From the NCBI GenBank assembly GCA_003707115.1, contig PPNB01000005.1, positions 372,001-436,000 of the forward strand: a DNA stretch of 64,000 nucleotides. Direction: 5' to 3'. The notes under the pieces are model-generated. The model was not told where the DNA came from and ran no database searches. It saw only the letters and a list, made by a program, of their open reading frames with translations. Made by a program: the position numbers and the translations under genes. This stretch comes from Tortispora ganteri. Its lineage: Eukaryota. This document shows positions 51,055 to 63,108 of the stretch, piece by piece; positions within the stretch are counted from its first letter, which is position 1, and every line of letters starts with the position of its first letter.

Positions 51055-51313
51055 TTTGTTTGTTGTCGAACTTCAAGATGTAAACAGAACCACCAAAAAA
51101 CCTTATTTTGCAGACCACTGATGAAGTTAAGCAAATAGCCAGACAGCCTATTCGAACCGCAAGCGGAATACCAAATACGAATTAATGAACAAAATAAAAG
51201 GATATGCCGTCATATAGGTCATTATATAATGGCATATTAAATGTTGCCTTTATATATACGAACGGCTATTTACATACCAACGCCATTCTCTTTGAAGTAT
51301 TTTAAAAAGTCCA

Positions 51314-51871
51314 CTAGTGATGACAAAGCCGGGCAACCAAACTAGATGCCTTATCCATACCGCAGTATAAGTTCACTGCACCAAATATAGAATAAAGACT
51401 TTGTGCAGATGCTGTGTTCAGAGCACGCTGTCTCTCTATAGGATCTATCGTCTGGAATGAGTGCAATGTAATATCGTGAAGACCGAGTTGTTTAGCCACT
51501 TGTGCCATTTCCTCTGGCGAACGATTGGGAATGTCTTTAGAAACTTCACTGAGCATATCATAGAGCGTTCTGCCGAATTTCGATAGTCGTTCGTTGTACG
51601 GAACCGTTGCATGCCGGTAACTTTTGTGTACTATACATTGAAGTAAGAGATTGTCTGGAATTTCGGGAATACTAACCAAATTGCGTAAAATATTTAATTC
51701 TTGTTGTTTCGATCCCACTAGAGTCTCGATTCTTTCCTCTAATGTCTGTTTTTCTATTGTTGGAGTGCCTGCCTGGACTCCGCGATTCTTCATTCGAGTC
51801 ACATATAGCATCCCACGACGGGCCTCTATCGGTCTTAGACTATTCCATGACAGTCGGATCATATTTTTCAT
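51314..51871 (-). CDS. MRPL15: Mitochondrial ribosomal protein mL57 (RNase III-like)
   Basis: LLLQCIVHKSYRHATVPYNERL..FG and SLYSIFGAVNLYCG, with a basic presequence. Confidence 0.78.
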   Translation of the reverse strand: MKNMIRLSWNSLRPIEARRGMLYVTRMKNRGVQAGTPTIEKQTLEERIETLVGSKQQELNILRNLVSIPEIPDNLLLQCIVHKSYRHATVPYNERLSKFGRTLYDMLSEVSKDIPNRSPEEMAQVAKQLGLHDITLHSFQTIDPIERQRALNTASAQSLYSIFGAVNLYCGMDKASSLVARLCHH

Positions 51872-52081
51872 TTTTTATATTATTCTTTTATTTGTTATTG
51901 TGACAAATCTGACCCAATATTTACTCGCAAAAAATCACAAATCTCTTCAAATAACAATTGAAGTCGAAGTTTGCGCAGGTAAAAAAGGAAAACTCTAAAA
52001 ATTTACATTCTAGTTACTGTGTTTAGACCAAACCCCACTGGGCTCCTCCACCAAACACCTTCATTTGCTCAATTATTCATA

Positions 52082-54259
52082 ATGCCACGTAATATTAAGC
52101 TTGTCAATCCGTTACCAAGCGATTATTTGGATTTGCCATCTACAAACAAACATAATTGGCTACTTCACAGTGAACCTTCTGGAAGTAATTACTGGTCTTA
52201 CTATGACAACCCTCCTAGAGAACAAACACCTTATGAGAAATACGTCCTAGGGCTGGATCCAGGCACTCAAACTTATGACACACCTCCATCTTCACCAGAT
52301 ATCGCTATAGATCGTGCACTCACTTACTTTACACAATTTCAACAACCTAATGGTATGTGGTCCTGTCAGTACGGTGGACCCATGTTCCTTATACCTGGTC
52401 AGGTCATTGCACTTTATGCAACTAAGTCGCCGATTCCTAAAGAATGGGCTATAGAAATGACGCGCTATCTCGTCAATTTTGCACATCCTATTGATGGCGG
52501 CTGGGGCCTCCACTTCACTGATAAGTCCACTGTCTTCGGTACTGTCCTCAACTATATTGCGCTCCGCATCCTCGGCATGCCTGCTTCCCACCCCGTCATG
52601 AAAAAAGCCCGTCACACTATGGCTAAACTTGGAGGCCCATTGAAATGCCCACAATGGGGAAAGTTCTGGATGTGTGTGCTTAATGTCTACTCCTGGGATG
52701 GCATGGACCCCATCCCCCCAGAGTTCTGGCTTCTGCCGTATTGGCTACCTATCCATCCTGGTAGATGGTGGGTCCATACCAGAGCCGTCTATCTTCCTAT
52801 GAGCTACTGCTATGGCGCGCGTATATCCGCACCTGTAGATGATCTCATAATTGAACTTCGCCAAGAACTCTACCCCGACATGATTTACGACAACATAAAC
52901 TTCGCCCAATATAAGGATGCGTTGTCTTCTGTCGACGCATACTACCCACCTACTAGCGTTCTTAAACTTGCAAACAAATTCTTATCATTCTGGGAAACAT
53001 ATCTTATGCCAAATAACCTCAAAGAAAAAGCACTAAAGGAAGTCAAAAGACAAATTGATTTAGAGGACTTGAACTCCGACTATCTCGATATCGGTCCTGT
53101 TAATAACGTTATGAACTTTCTTATTTCCTATTACGTTGACGGCACAGATTCTATCTCGTACAAACGTCACTACGAGCGTTTGGCGAACTATAATTATATG
53201 ACTCGCGAAGGCATGATGATGACAGGCACCGACGGCGTACAAGTATGGGATACAAGCTTTACTATTCAGATTATCGTAGGAGCTGGCCTCGCAGAATCTG
53301 AAAAGTTTGGTCCTGTGGTACGTAAAGCCTACAGTTTCCTTAAAAATGCACAGTTTATATCCAATGCGCATCCAGACAGTTATAGAGAAGGCAGACTAGG
53401 CTGTTGGGGATTTTCTACAAGAACACAAGGATACACAGTCTCTGACTGCACTGCAGAAGCACTCAAAGCTGTGATTATGACACAAAGCCTTGATAGCTTT
53501 AATAAAAATGAATCCATCGAAGAATCTCTATTAAACAGCGCAGTTGATGTACTACTATCACTCCAGAATGTGGGCAGTTTTGCATTCGGGTCGTTTGCAT
53601 CTTATGAACCAATCCGCGCAACTCCGCTTATGGAGTACATGAACTCTGCTACAGTTTTTGGCAACATTATGGTCGAGTACCCATACGTCGAGTGCACTGA
53701 TTCGGTCGTTATTGGTCTATGTAACTTCCGTCGTGTTTCGTCGTACCGCTCAGACGATGTCGATAAGGCTATCAACAATGCATGTCGATACATTCTATCG
53801 GCGCAAAGACCTGACGGCAGTTGGGTAGGTGCATGGGCTGTGTGTTTTACCTATGCACATATGTTTGCAACCGAGGCGCTGTCATATATAGGGCGCACGT
53901 ATGAGTCTGACGGTCAAGTGCGAAAAGGATGTGATTTTCTTGTAGCCCAGCAAATGGAAGACGGAGGTTGGGGCGAAAACTTCCGAGCCTGCGAGCTTAG
54001 CGAATATGTGCCGAGTGCAGAATCCCATTGTGCTCAAACTGCTTGGGCTATGATCTCTTTGCTCAATGCGCAGTACCCAGAGAAGGCTCCGCTTGAGAAG
54101 GCAGCGAATTTGCTGATGGCTAAACAGGACAAATATGGAGGTTGGCCATATGAAGAGGTAGAAGGTGTATTCAACCGAACATGCACTATTGAGTACCCTA
54201 ACTACAAGTTCTACTTCCCTGTGAAGGCACTGAGTATGTACAAAAAGGCATGGCAGTAA
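52082..54259 (+). CDS. ERG7: Lanosterol synthase (oxidosqualene cyclase)
   Basis: QYGGPMF, DGGWGLH, QGYTVSDCTAE, QW motifs and EGVFNRTC.IEYPNY. ATG at 52082. Confidence 0.96.
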   Translation: MPRNIKLVNPLPSDYLDLPSTNKHNWLLHSEPSGSNYWSYYDNPPREQTPYEKYVLGLDPGTQTYDTPPSSPDIAIDRALTYFTQFQQPNGMWSCQYGGPMFLIPGQVIALYATKSPIPKEWAIEMTRYLVNFAHPIDGGWGLHFTDKSTVFGTVLNYIALRILGMPASHPVMKKARHTMAKLGGPLKCPQWGKFWMCVLNVYSWDGMDPIPPEFWLLPYWLPIHPGRWWVHTRAVYLPMSYCYGARISAPVDDLIIELRQELYPDMIYDNINFAQYKDALSSVDAYYPPTSVLKLANKFLSFWETYLMPNNLKEKALKEVKRQIDLEDLNSDYLDIGPVNNVMNFLISYYVDGTDSISYKRHYERLANYNYMTREGMMMTGTDGVQVWDTSFTIQIIVGAGLAESEKFGPVVRKAYSFLKNAQFISNAHPDSYREGRLGCWGFSTRTQGYTVSDCTAEALKAVIMTQSLDSFNKNESIEESLLNSAVDVLLSLQNVGSFAFGSFASYEPIRATPLMEYMNSATVFGNIMVEYPYVECTDSVVIGLCNFRRVSSYRSDDVDKAINNACRYILSAQRPDGSWVGAWAVCFTYAHMFATEALSYIGRTYESDGQVRKGCDFLVAQQMEDGGWGENFRACELSEYVPSAESHCAQTAWAMISLLNAQYPEKAPLEKAANLLMAKQDKYGGWPYEEVEGVFNRTCTIEYPNYKFYFPVKALSMYKKAWQ

Positions 54260-54281
54260 ATAGCATATACACATAAGGGTT

Positions 54282-55427
54282 TTATTGCGTGAGGTATGTA
54301 GTCATGAGCTCGGCATCAGATGAAGGAATAGGAAACAAGTCAATGGATTTTTTGTGGTGATTAAACACGCTAACCAGGCTAATAGTTCCCTTCTTTTCGA
54401 GTTTTTGAAGTTCCTTGATGGGTGACTGTGCGGAGATTCCATCCGGTAGTGGTCCAGACATTGTAATCACCTGGAACCGTCTTACGAAGTCAGGCGGAAG
54501 AGATTGATCTGTCAGAATATTTCTCATTTCAGCAGCAACTTCAGGATCTTTTGATTCAATGTATTTGTCCAGTAAGCTCATAAGTTTCTGTTCAGTCTTA
54601 TCGAGATGCTCGACAAGGGCATAGCCTTCAAATTTAGGTCGTCTTTTGTCCTCTATTTCTTTCAGCTTAGTATTTATAAGCTCTTTTCTCTGAGCAATTT
54701 TATCAAGTGCCTCTTGCTCAGTAATAAGACCTTTGGTAACTTCTAGGCGACGCTGGTAAGCGTACTCTGTATCTATATCTGCTCTAGCTTCGTCGACGGT
54801 GAGACCGCGTGCTAACAGCACTTCTTCATAAACTTGCCTTTCTGCGGCAATAACGGCTGTTTCGGCGTCAAACATGGCTTTGAACGTCTCTGTTAGGGCG
54901 ACGATCCGCTGCTCAATATCACTAGCGCGGGCTGCTTTTCTAGCAGCAATCTCGTCCTGCAGCAGGATTTCCTTGCGGGGTTGCCAATCAATCAGTTGGC
55001 GCTTAATAGACGCATCTTCGACCTGTAGTCGACCAAACCGTCGAACACGCGGCAGCCAGTGCGGTGTCGGCAACCGCAGTTCGGGTCCCAACGCAACACC
55101 GACGAGCTTACGGTTCGGGTGGAACGGGTCGCGGTAGAACCTGACGAATCCAGATTCGTTCGAAATAATTGTATGGTCACGGCCAATATTGGCATTCTCG
55201 CCAGGCCAGAATTTTGTGCCTCTTTGACGCAAAATTATGTCACCAATACCAACTGCAGAACCTTCACCTCTTTTGATACCCAGTCTACGACCTGCGGAAT
55301 CGGAATGTTTTGTTCCTGAACCTGCCTGTCGTTTCGTTGCCGTACGTACAAACACCAGCACACGAGCCCGTGCCTCATGCGCTGATAACGCAAATTTTGA
55401 GGCGTCAAATATCCGCGTTAACAGCAT
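54282..55427 (-). CDS. MRP7: Mitochondrial ribosomal protein bL27m
   Basis: VRTATKRQAGSG...DSAGRRLGIKR..IILRQRGTKFWPGEN.NIGRDHTI, with a long fungal-type extension. Confidence 0.93.
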   Translation of the reverse strand: MLLTRIFDASKFALSAHEARARVLVFVRTATKRQAGSGTKHSDSAGRRLGIKRGEGSAVGIGDIILRQRGTKFWPGENANIGRDHTIISNESGFVRFYRDPFHPNRKLVGVALGPELRLPTPHWLPRVRRFGRLQVEDASIKRQLIDWQPRKEILLQDEIAARKAARASDIEQRIVALTETFKAMFDAETAVIAAERQVYEEVLLARGLTVDEARADIDTEYAYQRRLEVTKGLITEQEALDKIAQRKELINTKLKEIEDKRRPKFEGYALVEHLDKTEQKLMSLLDKYIESKDPEVAAEMRNILTDQSLPPDFVRRFQVITMSGPLPDGISAQSPIKELQKLEKKGTISLVSVFNHHKKSIDLFPIPSSDAELMTTYLTQ

Positions 55428-55580
55428 CGTCGAGAATGACTTCTTTTTTGGTTCTTTTTTTGTCGGTTGGTGGAGTGGGTCAAATTCGTTTTTAAAGTTT
55501 TAACCTCGAACAACAATATAACCACCACCATAGCAACCAACACATTGCTGCTTCAGCATAAACCTGCCTACCGCAGTGCA

Positions 55581-57545
55581 ATGAGCAGTAAAGGAAAAGG
55601 AAAAGACGCATTCAGCGATCTCGTAGATTTTGGCAAACTTAAACCTTCTGTTTCGACTCTTAGTAACGGAAATTCTCAGCCAAAAGTACCCTCAAGTGCA
55701 TGGGACTTCAGTGTTTTTGAGAAACCGCCATCTGGCCACGTCTCAACGTCGAACGATGATCTGTTCGACTTCGCCGCTACAACCAAAACAAATCATGTGC
55801 CACCAAAATCAGATATAGATGAAATTCTCGGTGACCTTGCAAAACCTTTAAGTCATTATACCGAGAAACAGGCGGCTTCCATGACGGCTTCGCAGACTAC
55901 TGCGCCTCCCAGCATCCTGTCTACCACTAGTACGTGCACGACTGCCGACACCAGCTCAAACGCTACACCACCGATGACGAAACCTGACCCTCTGTTAGAA
56001 CTTACTGATATGGGGTTTAGTAGTGAAGATGCTCAAGATGCCCTTCAATCGACATCGACTGGCGATAATGTCCAAGAGGCCATTGACATCCTTCTCACTA
56101 GAGCTCACCAGAAATCCAAGAAAAAGCAGACATCTTTGGTTACACCCGATGACGTGCTGGCCCCTTCTCGAGAGGAGTACTTACAATCTAGAAAATTGAA
56201 CAAACCGTCGCTCAGCCATTCTCTGCCGGTTTCTGAAGAACAGTTGTCACGTATGGCATCAAAACTTAAAGTTAGCGCATTCTCCCTCTGGTCTGAAGGA
56301 AAGAAGAAAGTATCTACTTTAATAGAAGATGTTCAATCACAGTCCGACTCCTCAATGCCCAAATGGGCTACACAATCTCCCTCTACTGCCAGCTCCTACT
56401 CCTTCTCTGACGAATCTCGTCCTCATTCCAGTCTGAGCTCTCAGATGATATCTGATCAGGACTCCAGACCTGTCTCCAGATCTTCCCAAAGATCAGCTCC
56501 ACTACCGTCTAAAATAAACTTGCTCAAGTCTACTGAACCGCAGCCTTACGTATCAAAGAACAGAAGAAAGATTCGACCACCTATCACAACTGCCAACCAG
56601 TCACCCTCACCGGCTCCTGCACCAATACCCGTTACAAAACCAGCAGCAGTCGTGCTAGAACAACCATCAATAACCTCGGCTGCTAAAGATAAAATTGATC
56701 AGGCGAAAGTCAAAGCTGCCGCGCTGTACAAATCTGGCGACTTTGCGTCTGCTCAAGACACTTATACTTCTGCATTGCCCAGTATCCCGGAGAATCACAT
56801 ACTACACGCCATCTTCCTGTCCAATATTGCGGCCTGCAAACTTAAAAATGGTGACTCTAAATCTGTCATTGACGATTCAACCGTAGCGCTTCGCATAATT
56901 GGAGAATCTAAAGGCGCAGGTCAGACTTACGACGGAAAGAGCGTCAAGAATATCTGGAGCAAGATCATGCAACGGCGTGCTGAAGCGTTCGAAAATTTAG
57001 AACAGTACAAAGACGCCTTGAATGTTTGGACTGAGCTTCTTAATTCTGGTGAAGCCTCCAACGTAGCACTTGACGGGAAAAGACGATGCAGCAAGTCGTT
57101 ACAGCCTAAGAAACCAGCTACAAAACTCGTAGTTAGAACCCCTGCTACGACGCAGAGACCTAGCGCGAACGCATCTGCTGCAGTCGCTAGAGTTAAGAAA
57201 GCTGCTGAAGACGCAGAAAAGAGCGAATCAGAAAAATTTGCGCTCTATGATGACGTGGAAAAACGCGTTAACAGCTGGCTTAACGGTAAAGAAGACAATA
57301 TCAGGGCATTGCTATCTACATTGCATCTGATTCTTTGGCCTGAGGCGAACTGGAAAGAGGTCGGAATGCACGAATTAGTGCTGCCTCAAAAAGTGAAAAT
57401 TGCCTACATGAAAGCTGTTGCGCGTACTCACCCTGATAAAATAAGTGCTTCTGCGTCTACAGAACAACAAATGATCTCACAAAGCGTGTTTGTAGCTTTG
57501 AACAGAAGCTGGGACGCGTTCAAAGCGCAAAACAATATGAAATAA
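55581..57545 (+). CDS. SWA2: Auxilin-like clathrin uncoating factor (UBA, TPR, C-terminal J domain)
   Basis: UBA LTDMGF, TPR region (LYKSGDF..SNIAACKLKNG), and J domain NIRALLSTL..YMKAVARTHPDK. ATG at 55581. Confidence 0.88.
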   Translation: MSSKGKGKDAFSDLVDFGKLKPSVSTLSNGNSQPKVPSSAWDFSVFEKPPSGHVSTSNDDLFDFAATTKTNHVPPKSDIDEILGDLAKPLSHYTEKQAASMTASQTTAPPSILSTTSTCTTADTSSNATPPMTKPDPLLELTDMGFSSEDAQDALQSTSTGDNVQEAIDILLTRAHQKSKKKQTSLVTPDDVLAPSREEYLQSRKLNKPSLSHSLPVSEEQLSRMASKLKVSAFSLWSEGKKKVSTLIEDVQSQSDSSMPKWATQSPSTASSYSFSDESRPHSSLSSQMISDQDSRPVSRSSQRSAPLPSKINLLKSTEPQPYVSKNRRKIRPPITTANQSPSPAPAPIPVTKPAAVVLEQPSITSAAKDKIDQAKVKAAALYKSGDFASAQDTYTSALPSIPENHILHAIFLSNIAACKLKNGDSKSVIDDSTVALRIIGESKGAGQTYDGKSVKNIWSKIMQRRAEAFENLEQYKDALNVWTELLNSGEASNVALDGKRRCSKSLQPKKPATKLVVRTPATTQRPSANASAAVARVKKAAEDAEKSESEKFALYDDVEKRVNSWLNGKEDNIRALLSTLHLILWPEANWKEVGMHELVLPQKVKIAYMKAVARTHPDKISASASTEQQMISQSVFVALNRSWDAFKAQNNMK

Positions 57546-57780
57546 TGAATTATTTTACGACAAATAAAGAATTCTGATGAATTTGATGATGGTAATTTCA
57601 ATAAAAAGCCGCCACAGGAATTTTTGGTTTTGCGCACAACCATTACTGACTGACCATGTTCTAGAGCATAATAATTAATAGTTGTTCTTTCCATAACATC
57701 TTCCAGGTAGATAGAGTATATTAGCGAAGAAATACCAGAGGAGTGTTATTTAATAAGGCATATGTGTAGCCCTTGTGCTT

Positions 57781-58931
57781 TTACATGATGATGGAGGGCA
57801 TCTCGATGTTAGACGAGATAGTCTTGTGCGGCAGAACGGAGCCACCATTAATGTAGACCTCATCAGACACCGAAACATCGTCACCGAGCACAGTAACGTT
57901 CTCTATACGGGCCCATCTACCGACAGTTGAATGCCATCCGACTATAGCAGATTTAACCCAGGCGTGGTCCTTGATCCGGGATCCATCCAAAAGAACCGAA
58001 CGTTGAAGACGGACACCGTCACCGATCACAACGTTAGGTCCGATAGTGACGTTGGGGCCGATGCGACAATTTTTGCCAATCTTAGCAGAAGGATCAACCA
58101 TCACATTGCCGCCAACGACGTAGGGCTCGTTGGGGCTACATAAAAGCTTAGAGTTCTTGCGGGTGAGCGAGCTGAGGTACAGACAGGTGCCGGAAAGGAA
58201 GTCTTTAGGTTGGCCGACGTCCATCCAGAAACCCTCAAGGTCGAACGAGTAGAGCAAGTTGTTCTCCACAAGTTTAGGGAAGGTTTCCTTTTCGATCGAG
58301 GTAGGGCGCAACTCGATGAGATCGATAACAGAAGGGTTGAGGATGTAGATGCCGGCGTTGATGCGGTTTCCAACGAACTCAACAGGCTTTTCGACAAAAC
58401 GATCTATGCAACCAGTGCCATCAGGGGTTGTTACGATGACACCGTACTTAGAGGGCTCTTCAACTTTTGTGGCAACAATTGTACCGGCTCCGCCATGTGC
58501 TTTGTGGAAGTCAGCCAGCTGTTGGAAAGGGTACTCACAGATAACGTCTGAGTTCAGAACGAAGAAAGGAGAGTCGTCTTTTTTCAAAATGTCTTCAGCT
58601 AGTTTCAGAGGACCGGCAGTGCCAAGTGGTTCGGTTTCGACCGAGAACTCAATTTTTACACCGTACTCTTCTTCGTATTTCTTGAGTGTCGCGACCATGA
58701 CCTCGGGACGGTAGTTAACAGCGAGAACGATATCAGTGACACCTGCAGCAGCCAAAGCTTCAACCTGATGAAGAATCATTGGTCTATTTCCAAACTCGAC
58801 GAGCGGTTTCGGTACCGTGAGTGTCTACAAAAGTTAGTAATCAAATACTGATAAGTCTAACAGGGCACAAATATACTTACCAATGGACGAAGACGTGTTC
58901 CGTAACCTCCTACTAGTATAAGACCTTTCAT
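57781..58931 (-). CDS. PSA1: Mannose-1-phosphate guanyltransferase; exon 1 58931-58881, intron 58880-58825, exon 2 58824-57781
   Basis: Splicing restores [37 protein letters not shown], giving a 364-aa protein with a hexapeptide-repeat C-terminus. Confidence 0.96.
58825..58880 (-). other. 56-nt spliceosomal intron in PSA1
   Basis: GTAAGT donor, TACTAAC branch at 58839-58833, TAG acceptor; phase 0. Confidence 0.95.
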
Positions 58932-59614
58932 GTTTTGCGGCTATCTGTGGAATAAAAACACGCGGAAATGAAAGAAAAAGCTACAAACGAAAAAAGCTCA
59001 AGCGATCGCGAAAGAATGAAAGTCGAAAGTTCAGTTCGATTTCAAGGATTTTAAAATAGTGGTGCGCTAGTTTAAGAAAGGAGTGGCAGGAGGGACGCGC
59101 TGAAGGACCGTAGTAAAAAAGAAGAAGGGAAAACCTTAAGTTAAACCTTATTAAATATACTAATAGATCAAAACCTCTTCGCTTGGCTGCGCTGTACCTA
59201 GATCTTCTAGGTAGGCAATACACTTAATATAAATTTACATATTATTATTAGTATACATGTGAGATTATTCTGGCAACATTTTAGAATCTTCATGCCTTTG
59301 AAGTAGCAGAGTTAGTGGCATATCCTCAACCCTTAAAAACCCAATTTCAAACAACTTCGTCCGTTTCATTTAATAAGGTTCAATGCTTGTACGCTGATTG
59401 GTTCAATTATTCACGTAACCGCCAGCCTGTCCTTTATGGCGAGCCTAGTTGCCTTATTCAGCCATACGATCTGCTGTCTATGTTGCTGTTCTGCAACTAA
59501 CTAATTGCTACCCTTACATATACAATAAAACACTAATAAACACTCACTCAATAAGCTAAGCTAATCTGGTAACCGAATATCACACATATTCTAAATAGAG
59601 ATCTCTAAACGCCT

Positions 59615-60766
<1,152 letters not shown>

Positions 60767-61118
60767 TTAATGGTTTAACAGGAGTCTTTCAATGCACGTA
60801 TTTGACGGTGGCAAGGTGCATGTTCCCAAGCCAGCTTTATATACTTTCCGATAATAACATACCCTAACCCTGAACTTTATTATTCAGTATGGAAGGAACG
60901 CGAAAGATAGAACATCGTAATCAACAGGGCCATAGTATGCTAGAATATAACTATTATAAGGTAGTATTCCAGTTATTTCTTTGAATGGGCTAACACTGTT
61001 TAGCTAATAGTCAAAGCTGCTTTACTTATAAATACCGAGATCAGCCATCTATACAGCATTGTGTGATATCCTTATGTGTGATTGTATATCCTGTGTTATT
61101 GTGTATCCGTTTATGTCT

Positions 61119-61691
61119 TTATGTAGTCTTTCTAGATGAGACCCACTTGCGAACGTTTATATTCGCTGTCTGTGCAATTTTGTAAAGTCCTAATTCGAGC
61201 TCGTCGAGGTTCGAGATGATACCGGACTCGTCCCATACGGCGGTATTCGGGTTTTGTGCGTGGTTGAAAATTGAGGTAGCGCGCTGTTGCAAGGCCGCTG
61301 AAGTTACATGCGCTATACGAAGAGTCATTTCATCAGATAGATCGGAAATCGATAGCCAACGTTCAACGAATCTGTAGAAGTGTGTTGACTGGTCTCTGAG
61401 GTTGACGCTCATGGGATCACCTTCTAGTGCGTTCATGACTACATTGGAGAGAGCCGCAGGTATAGGCAACGAGATAAAGGTTCTATCACTTTCTGCAGTG
61501 ATTTGGCTCACTGACAACGTAGAAGCGAGCCATAGTGGTAGCTCGACTTCAGTGCCTTCCTTGATGGCATCGTTAGCCTTGTGACCCGCCAAGAAGCCCA
61601 GTCCTGGAACTGTAATTTCGAACGTACATGGCAGCTTTATTCCGTCAGTTAATATATCGTCTATATCGTAATAGTTGCCGGTAGAAGTCAT
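61119..61691 (-). CDS. PSF3: GINS complex subunit Psf3
   Basis: YYDIDDILTDG.KLPCTF...PGLGFL, ELPLWLA, NAL..DP.SVNLR, LDELE..LYK. Confidence 0.92.
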   Translation of the reverse strand: MTSTGNYYDIDDILTDGIKLPCTFEITVPGLGFLAGHKANDAIKEGTEVELPLWLASTLSVSQITAESDRTFISLPIPAALSNVVMNALEGDPMSVNLRDQSTHFYRFVERWLSISDLSDEMTLRIAHVTSAALQQRATSIFNHAQNPNTAVWDESGIISNLDELELGLYKIAQTANINVRKWVSSRKTT

Positions 61692-61928
61692 GACTAGTCA
61701 TGCAGCGATGTTAGCATAAAAAGTAGTGGCGAAATCGAGGTTAGGGGTGGACGAGTCGCGACTGGATCAGCAATCGAGCAACTCTGTACGTTATAAGTTT
61801 TTCTTCTTATTAGCAGGAATAAGGGACAAAAGATAATAAAAGTTAAGCCTACAGAATTGCTTTATGATAAACTTGTATAGTCTGGGTAGAGTAAACAATC
61901 AATTGTTTTCAGAACTGTTCTGTGCAGT

Positions 61929-62729
61929 TTAGAATCTGGCTTTGGAAGCATTGCGGGCACCTCCGTCGACAACAATGATTGCACCGTTGATGTAGTTAGC
62001 AGCTGGCGAGCAAAGGAAAAGAACAAGACCTTCAATGTCTTCAGGTTCGCCAAGACGCTGACGAGGGTTGCTCTTCATCATGTCCTCCTTACCGAGCTTC
62101 TCGAGCAGTCCATTTGCCATCTTTGAGGGGAAGAAACCAGGAGCAATAGCGTTAACAGTGATATTACGCGGTCCAAGTGTGGCGCTAAGGGCTTTAGTAA
62201 GATGATGTACAGCTGCTTTAGAAGCAAGGTAGCCGAAAGTACCTGACTCAGAGTGCGGGAGGAAACCAGCAACGGATCCTACTGTAATGACTCGACTGGG
62301 GTCGTTATGAGTTCCAGCTTTCTCGAGCAAAGGAGCGGCAAGTTGCACGGTGGCAAACACAGAGCGTACGTTCAAGTGCAAGACTTTTTGGATGGCCTCG
62401 TCTGGGTGTTCGTCAAAGGGAGCACCCCAGGTGGCGCCGGCATTGGCAATAACAATATCGAGCTTGCCGTTTTCGCGACGTCCAATCTCGTCAATAATCT
62501 CTTTTAATCGATCTCGGTTAGTTATATCTCCAGGCAGGGCGACAACTTTGCCTAGACCAAGCTTGTTTAGTTCATCTTCGGTCTCCTTGCATTGCGAGGC
62601 TTTGCGGGCAGTGATGTACACAGTCTTTGCACCGCCTTTCAACAGACCATGTACAGCATATAGTCCGAGTCCCCTGGAACCTCCAGTTACTAAAGCAGTT
62701 TTTCCCTTAACTTCGAAGTTCAATGACAT
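61929..62729 (-). CDS. Classical short-chain dehydrogenase/reductase, probably peroxisomal
   Basis: TGGSRGLG, ANAG, catalytic YLASK, IAPGFFPS and VDGG. The protein ends in -ARF. Confidence 0.9.
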   Translation of the reverse strand: MSLNFEVKGKTALVTGGSRGLGLYAVHGLLKGGAKTVYITARKASQCKETEDELNKLGLGKVVALPGDITNRDRLKEIIDEIGRRENGKLDIVIANAGATWGAPFDEHPDEAIQKVLHLNVRSVFATVQLAAPLLEKAGTHNDPSRVITVGSVAGFLPHSESGTFGYLASKAAVHHLTKALSATLGPRNITVNAIAPGFFPSKMANGLLEKLGKEDMMKSNPRQRLGEPEDIEGLVLFLCSPAANYINGAIIVVDGGARNASKARF

Positions 62730-63108
62730 TGGTTAGTAGTAAGTCTCTAGGGGTTTGTCGAATTTCGGCTAAGATATAAAAGTATATATACAACTGTGAG
62801 TGTGGGGTAGGTACCCTTTGCCGTAGCCTCGGCATACAACGGTTTTTCCCATAGCAACGTAACCAATAGTTATCCGGCAACTGACGCTGCAGTATGTAGA
62901 GAGCCACTGTCAATTGTTTAACAATAATGAGAAAAATATGCACGAATTATAACAATGAAAAATGTATGTTTTCTCCAAGTAGAAGTATCGGCTCTCGGTG
63001 CCGAGTACTCGTACAGTTTCCAGCCAATGAGGTCAATTCTCCCAACAATGACCTGAGGCGCCAACCAGGCGTCCAACAACAGTACACAAACCACCCACCA
63101 GGCTCTGG

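Noticed and set aside
62706..62852. Possible intron upstream of the SDR gene (GTATGC near 62837, TACTAAC at 62738-62732, upstream ATG GGA AAA ACC GTT)
   Set aside because: No YAG lies close to the branch point, unlike the two real introns. A TATA-like tract sits inside the putative intron, and the SDR is already complete from ATG 62729.
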